64,000 nucleotides of DNA, from contig NC_043007.1 in NCBI RefSeq assembly GCF_006345805.1, forward strand, positions 73,966,001-74,030,000, given 5' to 3'. The notes beneath the pieces were generated by a model. The model searched no databases. It saw only the letters and a list, made by a program, of their open reading frames with translations, and had not been told where the DNA came from. Both the position numbers and the translations under genes were made by a program. Below, in pieces: positions 12,798 through 25,190 of the stretch (positions are counted from its first letter, which is position 1; the number at the start of each line of letters is the position of its first letter). Source of the stretch: Octopus sinensis. Its lineage: Eukaryota.

Positions 12798-15163
12798 AGG
12801 TTGCTTCTGCGCATGTGCGAGTCAGTGTTGTTTTTGGCACTGAAGCGGTGAAGACGTGCTTTTGAAGCCGTCTTGAATTGAAAAATTTTGAAGCCCCATT
12901 GTAAGGTAAAATTCTGTTTTCTGGGTCCAGTGGGAATTTTTGTTGAAAATTGTTTTTTACAAGCAGGAAGTCCTACTGGATTCAGAATTCTGATTCTGCC
13001 GACATGGGGCAAATATATTTTTCTCGCTGAATTGTGAGAATTTTTGGGGGGCGTTCTCACCTAATTATGAGAACTGTATTGTGCTGTGAAGAACTTTAAG
13101 AATTATGAGAACTGCTATATAGGGGAGTGTTTTGCCTCCGAAGTTTGAACAACTTTTACCAATTTTACACCAATTTTTGTGGAAGTTGTGTTCTAGTTGC
13201 GGCGTTCCGGGTTCAATTTAGGCTGGGAGTACCGAATGGCCAGAAGATCTTTTGCTGTGTTATTGACTTTCTTTTGAACTTTATTTGACTTTCTCCTTTT
13301 TTGTTTATTCTGACTTTCTTTTGATTTCTTTTTCTTCTCGCTTTTAAAGTTTTGTTTTGAATATATTTAAAAAACAAACAAAAAAAAACATGGCAATGAA
13401 AAATGACAAAATTTTGGAATGGGAGATTATACCGCCTAAAAAGTGGTTAAAAGACCGTGAAGATAGGACGGTGGTGTTGAGAACCTACTCCAAGGCACTC
13501 GACACCATCGCCCTGTTCGAAAAGACGGCAATTGAAAAGGAGTTGGCAGAGTATTTGCCAACAATTAAATTCATTTCCAGGGGTGTCAGATATGCAACGG
13601 TGTGGTTGCTATTTGACACCCCTGAAGAGGCTTGCAAATTTGCTAGTAAACCCCTGGAGGGTAAGGAAATTTTATTTCTGCCCACGTATCATGGAAAGAG
13701 ATTGACGAAAGCTTGGATCTGCGGGCTGCCACCCGGGATAAAACCCGAGTGGATAGAAGAGACTATCCGCCGGGGTCTGGGTGGCAGCGGAACTAAGCTT
13801 CTTAATGTGAAAGTTTTTCCTGCGGCTGTTTGGGTTGGATCAAAAGCAATTTTGACCCTTTGGACCCAATCAGCCAATCTGGTTCTTCCAGATTTTTTGA
13901 AAATGGCCGGGTGCAGATACCCGGTAATACTTGAGGGTCGCCCCCCCTAGGTGTCATCGGTGCTTGGAGTCCGGCCATATAAAGAAAAACTGTCCCCGGG
14001 AACAAAATAGGATCCCGGAGCAGTTAAGTGAGACCTCTGTAGAAGAGGGAATGAAGACGGCCGAGGAAGCGGAGGACTCCTCAAACAGAGGCCGAAAGAG
14101 GAAGAAGGCGAGCAACAATGGGTGCTCACCAAAGGGTACTAGGGATGAGGAGGGAAAGGCGAATCTTCCGGTCACGGAGGAGACGCACCCTCCCTCAGTT
14201 GAAAAGAAAAAAAAGAGAAAGAGGAAGAGAAACGGGACATGTCCCGGAACTACGTCGATTGGGGTTGTGCAACCGACAGGAGAAGAAACACCGTTGGCGG
14301 GAACTGTGCCGCCAACGAAAGAATTGAATATCCCGCCCCCGAGGAAAGACGATGTATTGATCTTCTTCCATAGAGGCGGAGAGATTGGAAAGGTGATGGA
14401 AAAGCACCATAAGGGAGCACCTTTAGCCTTCACGCAGGACCCCGAATGGCCTCCGCAGGTAGCTGTGGAGGCCGTGGCGTTCGACGTGACGCTTGGGCTG
14501 AAGGAGCTCAATGAGGATTATAGCTTGTTCCCGGGCGACGCTAATACGGAACTCGATTTGGTTCTGAAGGAGGCGTGGTGGATGGCGGAGGGTGCGGGCA
14601 CAAGTTATTTTGAGGATGAGTCATAAATTGTGGCACTGTGTGACACAAACATTTGATAACAGGCACTTCGCTTTCTTTCTAAACCCCCCGGCTGTCAACG
14701 TGATCTGCTCTGCAGACGGCTAGATATCTGACTGAAGGTCCGGAAAGAGGAGGAAGGGAAAAGTGATAATGTATGTTTATGTTTGATAGGACATGTTTAG
14801 ATACGACTCGAGGGGCCCCGACCTAGAGCTGGCGCATTCCTAAGGGGAGTGTAAGCCAGGTCTGGGAGGAGGGGCTTTGTGTATTGTATTTATATCATAT
14901 GTAATTATTGAACTATGTTGTTGTTAGTAATGGACTGTTAAGTCCAAAAATTGAAAAGTTGTAAAAATTGTAAGAGGTTTAATACCTCGTTTTGTGTTTT
15001 TAAAAGAACAATGTTTTAGAGAAGGAGAAGTCGGCGAGCGCTTTTTGTCTTCTCCCATCATCATCATCTTTCTTTCATTATCATTCATTTCATTAATGTC
15101 CTCGTCCAGCCCGCAAAGCTAATTTACTCTATGTACTGCCTTTATGGCAAATAGTATGAAATA
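12798..15163 (+). mobile_element. ORF1-only (HAL1-like) non-autonomous L1/Tx1-type element
   Basis: ~590-bp 5' UTR, one gag-like ORF, and a ~540-bp 3' region without ORF2 that ends at aataaa; diverged 15-bp TSD aagtaacttgtttac / aagtagcttgcttat. Confidence 0.75.
13390..14626 (+). CDS. L1/Tx1-type ORF1 protein with CCHC zinc knuckle (~411 aa if one +1 frameshift in the C7 run at 13941-13947 is corrected)
   Basis: GRPP|RCHRCLESGHIKKNCP knuckle; aligns with ORF1 at 23462-24930 (IIPP..TVVLR, RGVRYAT vs RGVRSAT, LFLPTYHGKR vs LLLPTYLGRR). Confidence 0.8.
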
Positions 15164-15304
15164 AAGTAGCTTGCTTATGAACCACATGGTTCAGGGTTCA
15201 TTCCCACTACATGGCAACTTGGGCAAGTGTCTTCTACTATAGCCTCGGGCCGACCAAAACCTTGTGAGTGGATTTGGTAGACGGAAACTGAAAGAAGCCC
15301 GTCG

Positions 15305-15357
<53 letters not shown>

Positions 15358-17518
15358 TTGTCCACCCAACATAGCCTGACAACCGATGCTGGTGTGTCTA
15401 CGTCCCCGTAACTTAGCGGTTCGGCAAAAGAGACCTATAGAATAAGTACTAGGCTTCCAAAGAATAAGTCTTGGGGTCATTTGCTCGACTAAAGGTGGTG
15501 CTTCAGCATGGCCGCAGTCAAATGACTGAAACAAGTAAAAGAGTAAAAGAGTAAAGGAGTTGACCCCAATAAAATCAACTGATTGTTATTTATAGACATT
15601 CCAAAAGAGACTAAATTTGATTTTTAAAGCCAACTCTTGAAAACAAGACATATTTCAGTCATATTATATCTCTTTAGTAAAGTGTATTAGACTCAGTTAA
15701 CAAAACAAAGGGTGATGACAATATACATAAAGGAGCATAAGCAAAATAGTGCTATAATGAACGTCAATAATTTAGCTAAGGAAGGCTGGCGGAATTGTTA
15801 GCACTCCGGACAAAATGCGTGGTGGTATTTCGTCCGTCCCTGCAGTCTGAGTTCAAATTCCACGGAGGTCGACTTCGCTTTCCATCCTTTCGGTGTCGAA
15901 AAAATAGATACCAGTTGAACACTGGGATCGATGTAATCGTCATATCTCCTCCCAGTAATTGGCTTTGTGCCAAAATTTGAAACCCTTTTACTTCTACCAA
16001 ATTCACTTACAAGATTTTGGCCGGCCCGAGACTGTAATAGAAGACATTGCCCATGGTGTCACGCAGAGAGACTGAACCGGAATCATGTGGCTGGGAAGCA
16101 AACTTCATGCCACACATCCACGCCTGCGAAAATAGATATTGTTTAATTAAGGATGAATCATTAAGGCAAAAACATGCAACTTAAACTGTCCACGGATATA
16201 TCTTATAATAATTCTGCTTGTCATTGCGTTACTTAGCCCATCGGTAACGCTTTCACTTGATTAGAGAAAAAGAGGGATAAGAAAAGAGAGAGAGAGAGAG
16301 AGAGAAAATAAGAGGGAAAGAGAAAAAGAGGAAGGGAGAAAGAGAGGGATGGAGAAAACGAGGGAAAGAGAAGCATCCATGACATGAGGTAAAGAGAATG
16401 TAATTGTAAGGTTTTCACGTGATTAGTTGAAGGGAAAGAGTGGAAACAAAAGAGGAGAGAGAAAAAGAGGAAAAGGCGAAGAGTGAGACAGAAAGAGGGA
16501 GAAAGAAAAGAGAGAGAAAATGGGGAGAGAAAGAGAGAGAGAGAGAAGCGGCCATAACGTGAGGTAGGGGAACGTGATAATATCAGCTGAGGGGTGATGT
16601 TCTGATGGTGAGGTTAAAGAAAGGCAGAGACAGAGATAGAGACAGAAAGAGAGAGAGGAGGGAGAGAAATAGTGGAGAGGGAGGCGGGAGAGAGAGAGAG
16701 AGAGAGATGATGATGATGATGGTGGTGGTGGTGATTGGATAGTGAAAAGTGTTTTTTTTATTGAACTAATTTTTTTTATATCACCTATCACTTAACGCAT
16801 GCGCATAAGTGCAATTCCGTGAATTATTCACGCTTATTTACGTGGCAGATATATGCTAATTAATTAAAGTTTTTTGTTTAGGGGAAAATGGAAAAAATAA
16901 GAGTGAATATCTATTTTATGAGTGTTGTTTATTAAAGTCTATAAAATTGTGCATAAAGTATATAAAGTGTATATATCATCATTTTCCAATTTCTTTCACT
17001 TGAGCAACTATCTTTCCATACAGATACAACACAAGCTATGCTTACAGGTTTTTTGGATTAAGTTTTCAGAAATAACCCAGTATTCACAGGTCCCACAAGT
17101 ATTAAAACTAATTTACGACTACTTTATATAGCGGCTGACCTATGTAATTCATTGAGGCAGAAAGCCGGGCACGCCTTCCCCGAGGACCGGTCGATAAACC
17201 GTGGAACAGTCTGCCGGAGATTTTCTCTGGTATTCCGCACTTCAATTCTTCAGAAAGCATGTGTTTGCATTCATATTTAACCCACCGTGACATATTGTAA
17301 TGTTTAAATTTATTTAAGTTCTTATGATTTACGCTTGGTTGTGCATAAAATAGATATTAATAACTGTGTGTGTGTATGTGTCTGTGTGTGTGTAGCGAGG
17401 CGTGTGACTATATCTATCTGTCTGTTAGTCTATCTGTCTGTCTCTGTGTGTCTGTCTCTGTCTCTGTTTGTTTGTCTGTCTCCCTCTCTCTCTCTCCTTC
17501 CCCGCTATCTATCTCCCC

Positions 17519-17606
<88 letters not shown>

Positions 17607-17717
17607 TATATATATTGGGTTGTCCGGAAAGTTAGTGCCGATTTTTAAAGGAAAGAAAAAGGTCAATAAATACTTGCTATTACATTTTTAATCAACCAAT
17701 TATTATTATTATTATTA

Positions 17718-17913
17718 CTTTTTTTTTTCTTCTTTCAAATTTGCTTCCATTTCTTGCCGAGTGTCTTCCCGACTCCTAGGGCAAAGAAACTCGTAGTACA
17801 CATTGGCAGGCCATTAAACCAAACTCAATAGTTCGTTCATTTTAAAAAAATATTTTTTTTTAAAGTTAAATTAAAATACATGAGCAGCAACAGTTCTCAC
17901 ATCGACAATGCTC

Positions 17914-17915
<2 letters not shown>
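17718..17915 (-). mobile_element. Severely 5'-truncated copy of Dong-like family A
   Basis: Reverse complement of about 5843-6035; (ATT)n at 17699-17717 and 17916-17990. Confidence 0.88.
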
Positions 17916-17972
<57 letters not shown>

Positions 17973-18477
17973 CTATTATTATTATTATTATTGTTGTTGT
18001 TGTTGTTGTTAAAATATTAATTTATATATAATTTCTTGATAATTATTAGTTATGATATGTATATCTATTTATTTATTATGTTTTTTTTTATAATGTGATT
18101 TAAACGTATTACATATAATTTAATTTGAGAATTAGTTTTGTAAGACAATATATTATTTAATAGTTAGGTGATCTATTTATTACGTAATATTACAGTTAAG
18201 TAAATTAGTTTAAAATTAATTGATATTTTCGTCAACTATATAACTGAGTAAAATATTAAATTATAGATACTACATATATATTAATAATATAGTTAGTTTA
18301 TATAATAGGTGTGTATATATAAACCATTTCCTATTTTTAATTCTAATATTTAAAGCTTGTACTAACATTATGTATATTACTTAACATTAAGGTTTTTAAT
18401 ATAAATTACTTAATGAGTATAAGTTTTTATTTAGATGTTTATTAAATAAATACATTAATTAATAATTTAATTTAATG

Positions 18478-18788
18478 TATATAGATTAGATTATAGTACT
18501 TAGTTTTCACTTAATGTATATTTTGTATTATATATATATATATATATATATAACAACAATTGAGGAACGGCTACAATAGGCCGTTCGACCCACTAGAAAT
18601 AGCAGCCAGGGCTCCAACCGCAAATAGTAGTAATTCCGAAATCAGAGGAACGGCCTATTGTAGCCGTTCCTCAATTGTTGTTGAATTTATAATATAGTCT
18701 CTGACTATTTCCGCTTCTCTCACTAGACCGCTGGTGGCAAAATAATTTCTATTGAATTTTTTGCTACCCTAAATGATCAATATATATA

Positions 18789-18847
<59 letters not shown>

Positions 18848-18870
18848 ATATATAATATATATATATATAT

Positions 18871-18928
<58 letters not shown>

Positions 18929-19205
18929 TATATATTATATATAATATATATATATATATATATAATATAGTGAGAAAGAGGAAATAGTCAGAGACTATTA
19001 ATAAATTCAACAACATTGAGGAACGGCTACAATAGGCCGTTCCTCTGATTTCGGAATTACTACTATTTGCGGTTGGAGCCCTGGCTGCTATTTCTAGTGG
19101 GTCGAACGGCCTATTGTAGCCGTTCCTCAATTGTTGTTATATATATATATTATTATACAAAATATACATTAAGTGAAAACTAAGTACTATAATCTAATCT
19201 ATATA
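18478..19205. repeat. Foldback: ~245-bp inverted arms around a (TA)n spacer, each arm with an internal 35-bp inverted repeat
   Basis: 18478-18725 is the reverse complement of 18968-19205; aacaacaattgaggaacggctacaataggccgttc (18552-18586) is inverted at 18648-18682. Confidence 0.9.
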
Positions 19206-19593
19206 TATATAAATACACTAAATAGGAAATATACATAGTAGATACCATACCTCCATACCCACAGTTTACACAGGTACAGTAGAATAGTTAGTGGACTGTT
19301 AGGTAGATAGATGTATGTATGTGTGTGGGTGTGAGTGGGTGTGTATGCATATTTTTTTCTATTTTCCTTTTTTTTCCTTTTTTTGTATGTAAGCATATAG
19401 ATAAGAAAATAAATAGATCATTATTGAATTGATAAAAGGTGTTTTTTTTTCTAATTTATATATATATATATATATACACATCCGTATACATCTGCACAAA
19501 TGTACATGTATAGATGAATATATATACATATACATCTATATATATACATGTATATATATATACATGTATATATATATAGATGTATATGTATAC

Positions 19594-19903
19594 AAATTAA
19601 TAGTTATCGCCATACTAATATGGCATTCTTATAAAAATAAGAAAAAAGCTGTCCGCTTATTAGCTCCATGAGGCCATCGCCTTAAGTTAGCTATTCGATA
19701 CACAACTGTATCCATATAACCTTCGAACAAGGGAGGTCAGTCGCTCCACACTACTTGACCGACAGCTACAGACGCGTTTCAGGGTATTTGCCCTTGTCAA
19801 TGCAGCGTAGTCAGACCCAGTAGGTGTCGCTTCTAAAATCTTATTATGATTATAAAAATCTTACAGAGATAGTACATTACAATACAAAACATAATTACAA
19901 AAA
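19594..19903 (-). repeat. Partial copy of the ~443-bp hammerhead-containing repeat (left flank of the LINE)
   Basis: Reverse complement of about 25729-26040; hammerhead at 19765-19806(-). Confidence 0.9.
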
Positions 19904-20108
19904 GTTTACGTTGTTCGTTTGTTATTTACATATGTTGATTATTGATTATGATACTAGACTTTACTTTTCTCCTTTTTTTTTAAATTAAAAATGATTTTGG
20001 CCAGCTAGGTATATCACAGTCAAGATTCTTACTCGACAGCCTAAGAGCCCAGAGACTTTTTCTCCCTTCATGATGACCAAGCAGGGTTACTCACACCCAC
20101 CTTTTTTA

Positions 20109-23100
20109 TCACATCCTTCCATCGATCACATACTTTTTCTGTGTCAGGTTCTCTTTCTCTAAATCCATCTTGCTCTTTAGATGGTATCTGAAGTATTTTA
20201 ACATACCATATCCAGAGACAAAGGATCCTGACACCAAACCTTCCAATCTAGTTCTCCACACACACTCTTTCAGTACTGCCACCGTACAGTGAAAACAAGC
20301 CTCACCTTCCTTTGAGAGTCCAGCTGGCGGTATCATCTTTATTATAGAACCAGCCGATAGCTGTACTCGTCCCAGATGCGACAACACGTGTTCTACGTAA
20401 CTTATTAAGCCTGACAGCTCCTGATAATGTACAAAAGCGTGCTGGATGGTTTCATCGTCCAACCCACATCTTGGACATGTCGGTGGCACTGACATTCCAT
20501 GCCTATATAACTTATCGCGAACAGGTAGAGCATTCCTATAGCACTGCCAAGTCAGGGATTTTTGGTAATTGTCCAAATACCCCGGCTTGAAAGTCTTCTT
20601 AAACAGGTCGGATAGTTGATCCTCATCGAACCCCAGAGCCCCTCTTAGAATGTTGTCATTTTTTGCCTCTACCATCCTTCTATAAAATGTCGAGGTGGTA
20701 TTCCCGCAGCCGGCTTTGCCTATCTTGTGGATCAGCCAGAGTGCCTGTCGGCACTCTTTCTGCCATAAAGTCAGATTCCGTCTTTTAATGAAACCGGGTT
20801 TAAATCTCTCCATAGAGTCCGGTTGCGGGAAGAAATTATCTGCCAGCGGACTCCACACCTTATCACCTTCCAGGTGAAACCAGAGATGTCTCAGTCTCAG
20901 CGCATGCCTGCGCATCAATAACCAAGGCATCCCAAGCCCACCCTTTAGTGGTTCCTGGCAACACACAGAGCGCCTTACAAGTGGCTTTCCTCCCTTCCAC
21001 AAAAAGCGGAAAAGGAGTCGATCCAACTTGCTTAGCCACAAATCGGAGCAAGGCACGACAGTTAGGCGACAGGTGATTATAGATGCTATAAACACCTGTA
21101 CCACCTCCGCCCTCCCTTTCAAGGAAAGATGCCTTCCGGACCACTCCCGAACTATGGCTTCTACCTTGGTCACTACCTCGCTCCAATTTTTCTCCGTCTG
21201 GGAGTCTGAACCAAACCAAACTCCAAGAAATTTAACAGGACCATCTGTCCAGTGTCCAACAACACTGGACGATAACGGCTTGTTCCTCCAGGTGCCGAGG
21301 CGCAAACCAGTGGACTTGTCCTTGTTAACTTTTGCCCCAGCCACCGCTTCGTATCTTCGGAGAGCACCTTCTACACGAGTTAGTTGTGCTTCGTTAGACA
21401 CGATGAAGGTGACGTCATCCGCATACGCAGAAACAGACTTACCGCATCCGATTTCATTAGGATTGCATCTCACCGTCTCCAACTCCCGCAGCAATGGCTC
21501 AAGAGCCAAAACGTACAGGAGAGGGGACAAGGGACATCCTTGACGAACTGAACGCTTAATCGAAAACTGTTCCGTTAAGTAACCGTTTATCTGGACTGTG
21601 GACTTGATAACCGCTGTACATAGCTGATATCCACCCGCGAAAGTCAGGGCCTAGCCCAGCCGCTTCGAGAACCGTCGCCAGGTACTGATGATCTACCCTA
21701 TCAAATCTTTACTTTGGTCTAAATGGACCAATGCCCCTCCTTTGCCGGCTAATTGCCCAACCCTGTCTATAGTGTAGCGTAGAAGGTGAAGATTATCTTC
21801 GATCGACCTGCCTGGGATTGCACATGTCTGTGCCTTTCCGACAAGTTTTTCCATGACGACCTTCAACCTTTCTGCTAACACCTTGGCCAAAATCTTTAAC
21901 TCTACATTAAGTAGAGTTATGGCCTATAATTACTAATATTATCCCCCTTGCTCGGGTCTTTCTGGATCAGCGTCACAACTCCCCGGCTCACAGAACTGGG
22001 AATCCTCCCATTCTGTTGCCAGTTTGCGTAGACGCTTGCCAGTATGTCCCCGAACAAGTCCGGCATACAACAATAAAACTCATAGGGCAGACCATCCAGT
22101 CCCGGCGACTTTTCCCGGGCGCATTCAGCCAAACCCCCTCTTACCATCCGCGGGAGTAATCGGTCCTTCACAGCGTTCCGCTCTGCGTGGCGAGAGCCGA
22201 GGCCCACCAGCTAGGAAGTTCTGTAAGTCCTCCCCTCGCTCGAGTGGATCGCCCTCCCCAAACAACCGAGCGAAATGCTGTTGAAAGACCTTCTGTATCT
22301 CCTCCTGTCCATAGATTTTGCGTCCCTGTTCGTCAGTTAAAGACTTAATAGAGGACTTTTTGCCCTTCTGACTCTCCACACGACGTGCCCATCCGGCAAC
22401 ATTAATACCTTCTCGTTTCACTGCACGTAGCTTAGCTCTGACTCTACATCCTTCATGCTTGGCATTGAGGTGACGGTACAAGATCGTTCTCTCTGCTAAC
22501 ACTCTAGATGCACAGTCAGATCCCATTGCCTCGTCTAAGTTCTTAACTAAATCGCCCTCTATTCTAGTCCTATCTAAACTTAGCTGGTTGCTAAATCTAA
22601 TGGACTCCAAACGGATGGCTCTTTTGAGGGCGATCCACCATCTATTATTAATGATGGTTCCACATAATGCCCTCTGGACTAATTCTATAATCGGTTACGG
22701 AAAGCTTCACAGCCAAAATAGACTTGTTCATTTTCCAGTATCCGGGTCCCTGTCTATGGCATTATCTACATGTACCTCACACGTCACTAATTTGTGATCC
22801 GTGTAAGGCACAATACAAAATTGTGGACAGCTAATGCTATTCCTATCTCGTTCTTTAACAAATACCCTATCTATATACGATCTGCGTGAGCCGTCATTGT
22901 TACTCTCCACGTCCACTGTGGAATGCTCGGCTCATCCATTCGAAACCGATCTACTAGATTAAGGCTCGTCAGTAGACCCTTGAGGCAAGGATTCCCCTTC
23001 TATCAGACGAGCCCACACTATCTATCCGCGCATCGATGATAGTGTTGAAATCCCCTACCAATACTACCGTTTTAGACGTCACTAGAAAGTGCTCCAAGTT

Positions 23101-23459
23101 CCGATAAAAACCAGTCTGCCTACCCTCATTAGGAGCATAAACAGCTACCAACCTGAAGGACTGCTTACTCACGTGAGTTACATCGAGGACAACCAGCCTA
23201 CCTTCTGGGTCCATAAGACAGTACTTACTGTAAGTCCAAGTTCTCCTGATAAGGACTGCCACGCCTGCACTTCCTCCTCGGCTAGGAGAAATAATTTCTC
23301 GTAACCATTGAGAAGATCCGAGAACGCTTGGGTTCCTCTCATCTTGGACTCGGTGACAATGGCTACATCTATTCTGTGTGTCCTGAGGTCGTCCAGCAAG
23401 CAAGCCTGTTTCCATTTCGACCCCATTCCACGCACATTTATACAGCCCAACTTAATCAT
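20109..23459 (-). pseudogene. Tx1/L1 ORF2: AP endonuclease + reverse transcriptase, frameshifted
   Basis: CINVRG, VAIVTE, VYAPNE, VGDFN, IDRV, YTDHKLV (APE); SPGLDGLPYEFY, NYRP, AKVLAERL, SPLLYVL, AYADDV, FLGV (RT); CPRCGLDDETIQH. Confidence 0.92.
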
Positions 23460-23461
23460 CG

Positions 23462-24930
23462 ATGAATGAAGAAAGTTTGTTACTTACGGTTGTGAGAGGA
23501 GCATGGCAGCTTTTGTCTGCCTGCCTCCCCCACACTCTCCGTTGTTGCTGGGCATTTAACCGGCGTTGCCACCGGGCTCTGGGATGGAGTGGCTGCCGGG
23601 CTAATATTCATTTCCAGCTATCACCTCTGTGTGACATCTTTATCAGGTTGTCCCTCACGTGTAGTTGGAAGAGTCTCTCCTTCCATTCCTCCTCTCCAAC
23701 CTTCGCATACCTCCATCCGGGTTTTTTTCCGATGATTTGAAACATTTTATGTTTGGTTTCGCCTTTATGTACCAAACTACTCTCTCGTTTTTGTGTTATA
23801 AGCAATGCACCTATCGGTTTTTTTGAATCCTTTTAAAGTTGGGGGCTGGGGTTTAATGAAATGCTGGCCTACAAAAGTAGTGCCAGCGGGGTGGGATTGG
23901 ATAATTTTTTTGTGTTGCTCTTCTGCGTTTGTTTTTCTTTTTGTTTGGGGTGGGGAGTCCGGGGTATTGGATTTCTTCCTTTTGTGGTTACAGTCGTATA
24001 TTCCATTACTTCCAGTTCTTTTCCATTTGATAAATTATTTTCCCCCTCGTTTTCGTTTTCGTTTTGTTTTCCATTCATTTTCTTTCCCTCCTTTGACTTT
24101 CATTTTGCTTTTTCCGGGTATTCTCTTTTGTTGTTGCTGCTGTGATATCTGCTTTGTTCTCCACAGCGGTTTGAATGGGGGCACTAACGGGTTTTTTTTT
24201 TTGCACTCTGAGCGGACGTGACCCTTCTGCCCACATTTGAAACATCTGGGCCTACGTCCCTCCACCGATACCCGCATAGTGTGTCCATCCCCCACGAAGA
24301 CCCTGTCTGGCAAACTCTCCAGCGTTGCATTGTCAGCTTGAACGATCATTTCAAGCTGCTGACCTTTCCAAAATTTTGCCTCTTTCATCCTCATGTTTAA
24401 AATGTTTAATTTCTCTCTCTACGTCGAATACGACCGCTGTTGCTGCCACACTATACATCGTAACCTGTTGGTATATCCTCTATTGTTACCTTAGCTGTTC
24501 TGCGCCCTAAGTACGTGGGCAGCAACAGGATGTCTGCACTCTTCAACGTTTGAGTTGAAATTTCCTTCGCTATGCTAGCCGACTCGAAATGCGCTTCAAT
24601 AGTAGCGCTTCTCACTCCTCGGCCAACATAGCGAACCTTGTTCCAAATTGGTGCCATGCACCGTTCTACCAATTCATTTTTTACATCTGCAATCTTTTTT
24701 TCCTTAATATTATATACCTTATAATTACCGTCTTCTCACGGATTACTTGTAAGGTGTCAAGGGGGCGGTATTATTCTCGTTTCTTCTCTCTCATTCCTTT
24801 GTATGAACTTTCTGAACTTGAAGAGATCCCCCATTGCTACTTCCAGTTCTATAACATTGCCTCCAACGGCTTCCGAAAAATTGTTTTCTCTTTTATCCTT
24901 TTGCTTTCCATTATTTATAACTTCTCCCAT
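23462..24930 (-). pseudogene. Tx1/L1 ORF1 (gag-like, CCHC), frameshifted
   Basis: MGEVINNG...RIIPP...YVGRGVRSATIEAHF...LLPTYLGRR...EGRRPRCFKCGQKGHVRSEC, followed by Lys-rich low complexity. Confidence 0.82.
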
Positions 24931-25190
24931 CTCGGGAAAATCAGAATTGACGTTAAGTCAAGATCCATATTAAAATGCAAGTGACTTGTCACAAGAGACG
25001 AGATAAAAGTTAATTCCACACTGAGTTAATAGTTCATATATAAAAAGAATTTTCTACCCCGAAGGGCGAAAATTACTTTGTTCCACAAGTTAATAATCCA
25101 AAATTGTACGTGTAAATCCAGAACAGAACGACTACATAACAGCTTACAGCGTAAAAAATCATCCGACGAATCCAAGGAAAAATCAGTAGG

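Larger units (their letters stand above)
12761..15555 (+). mobile_element. tRNA-derived SINE (family S2) split by a 2.4-kb insertion
   Basis: Head ggcgtaggagtggttgtgtggtaagtaacttgtttac (12761-12797) resumes at 15164 as aagtagcttgcttatgaaccacatggttcagggttc, continuing to the gtaaaagagtaaaagag tail; compare the intact copy at 61167-61565. Confidence 0.85.
19904..25190 (-). mobile_element. Full-length, decayed Tx1/L1-like LINE (5' UTR, ORF1, ORF2)
   Basis: ORF1 with knuckle CFKCGQKGHVRSEC; ORF2 with APE, RT and C-terminal Cys motif; many frameshifts; both ends abut contiguous halves of the 443-bp repeat. Confidence 0.9.

Noticed and set aside
18552-18600. Hammerhead or Helitron 3' end in the foldback arm (UUGAGGA + hairpin; hairpin + CTAG)
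   Set aside because: No GAAA after the hairpin, CTAG is followed by A rather than T, and no matching Helitron 5' end was found.
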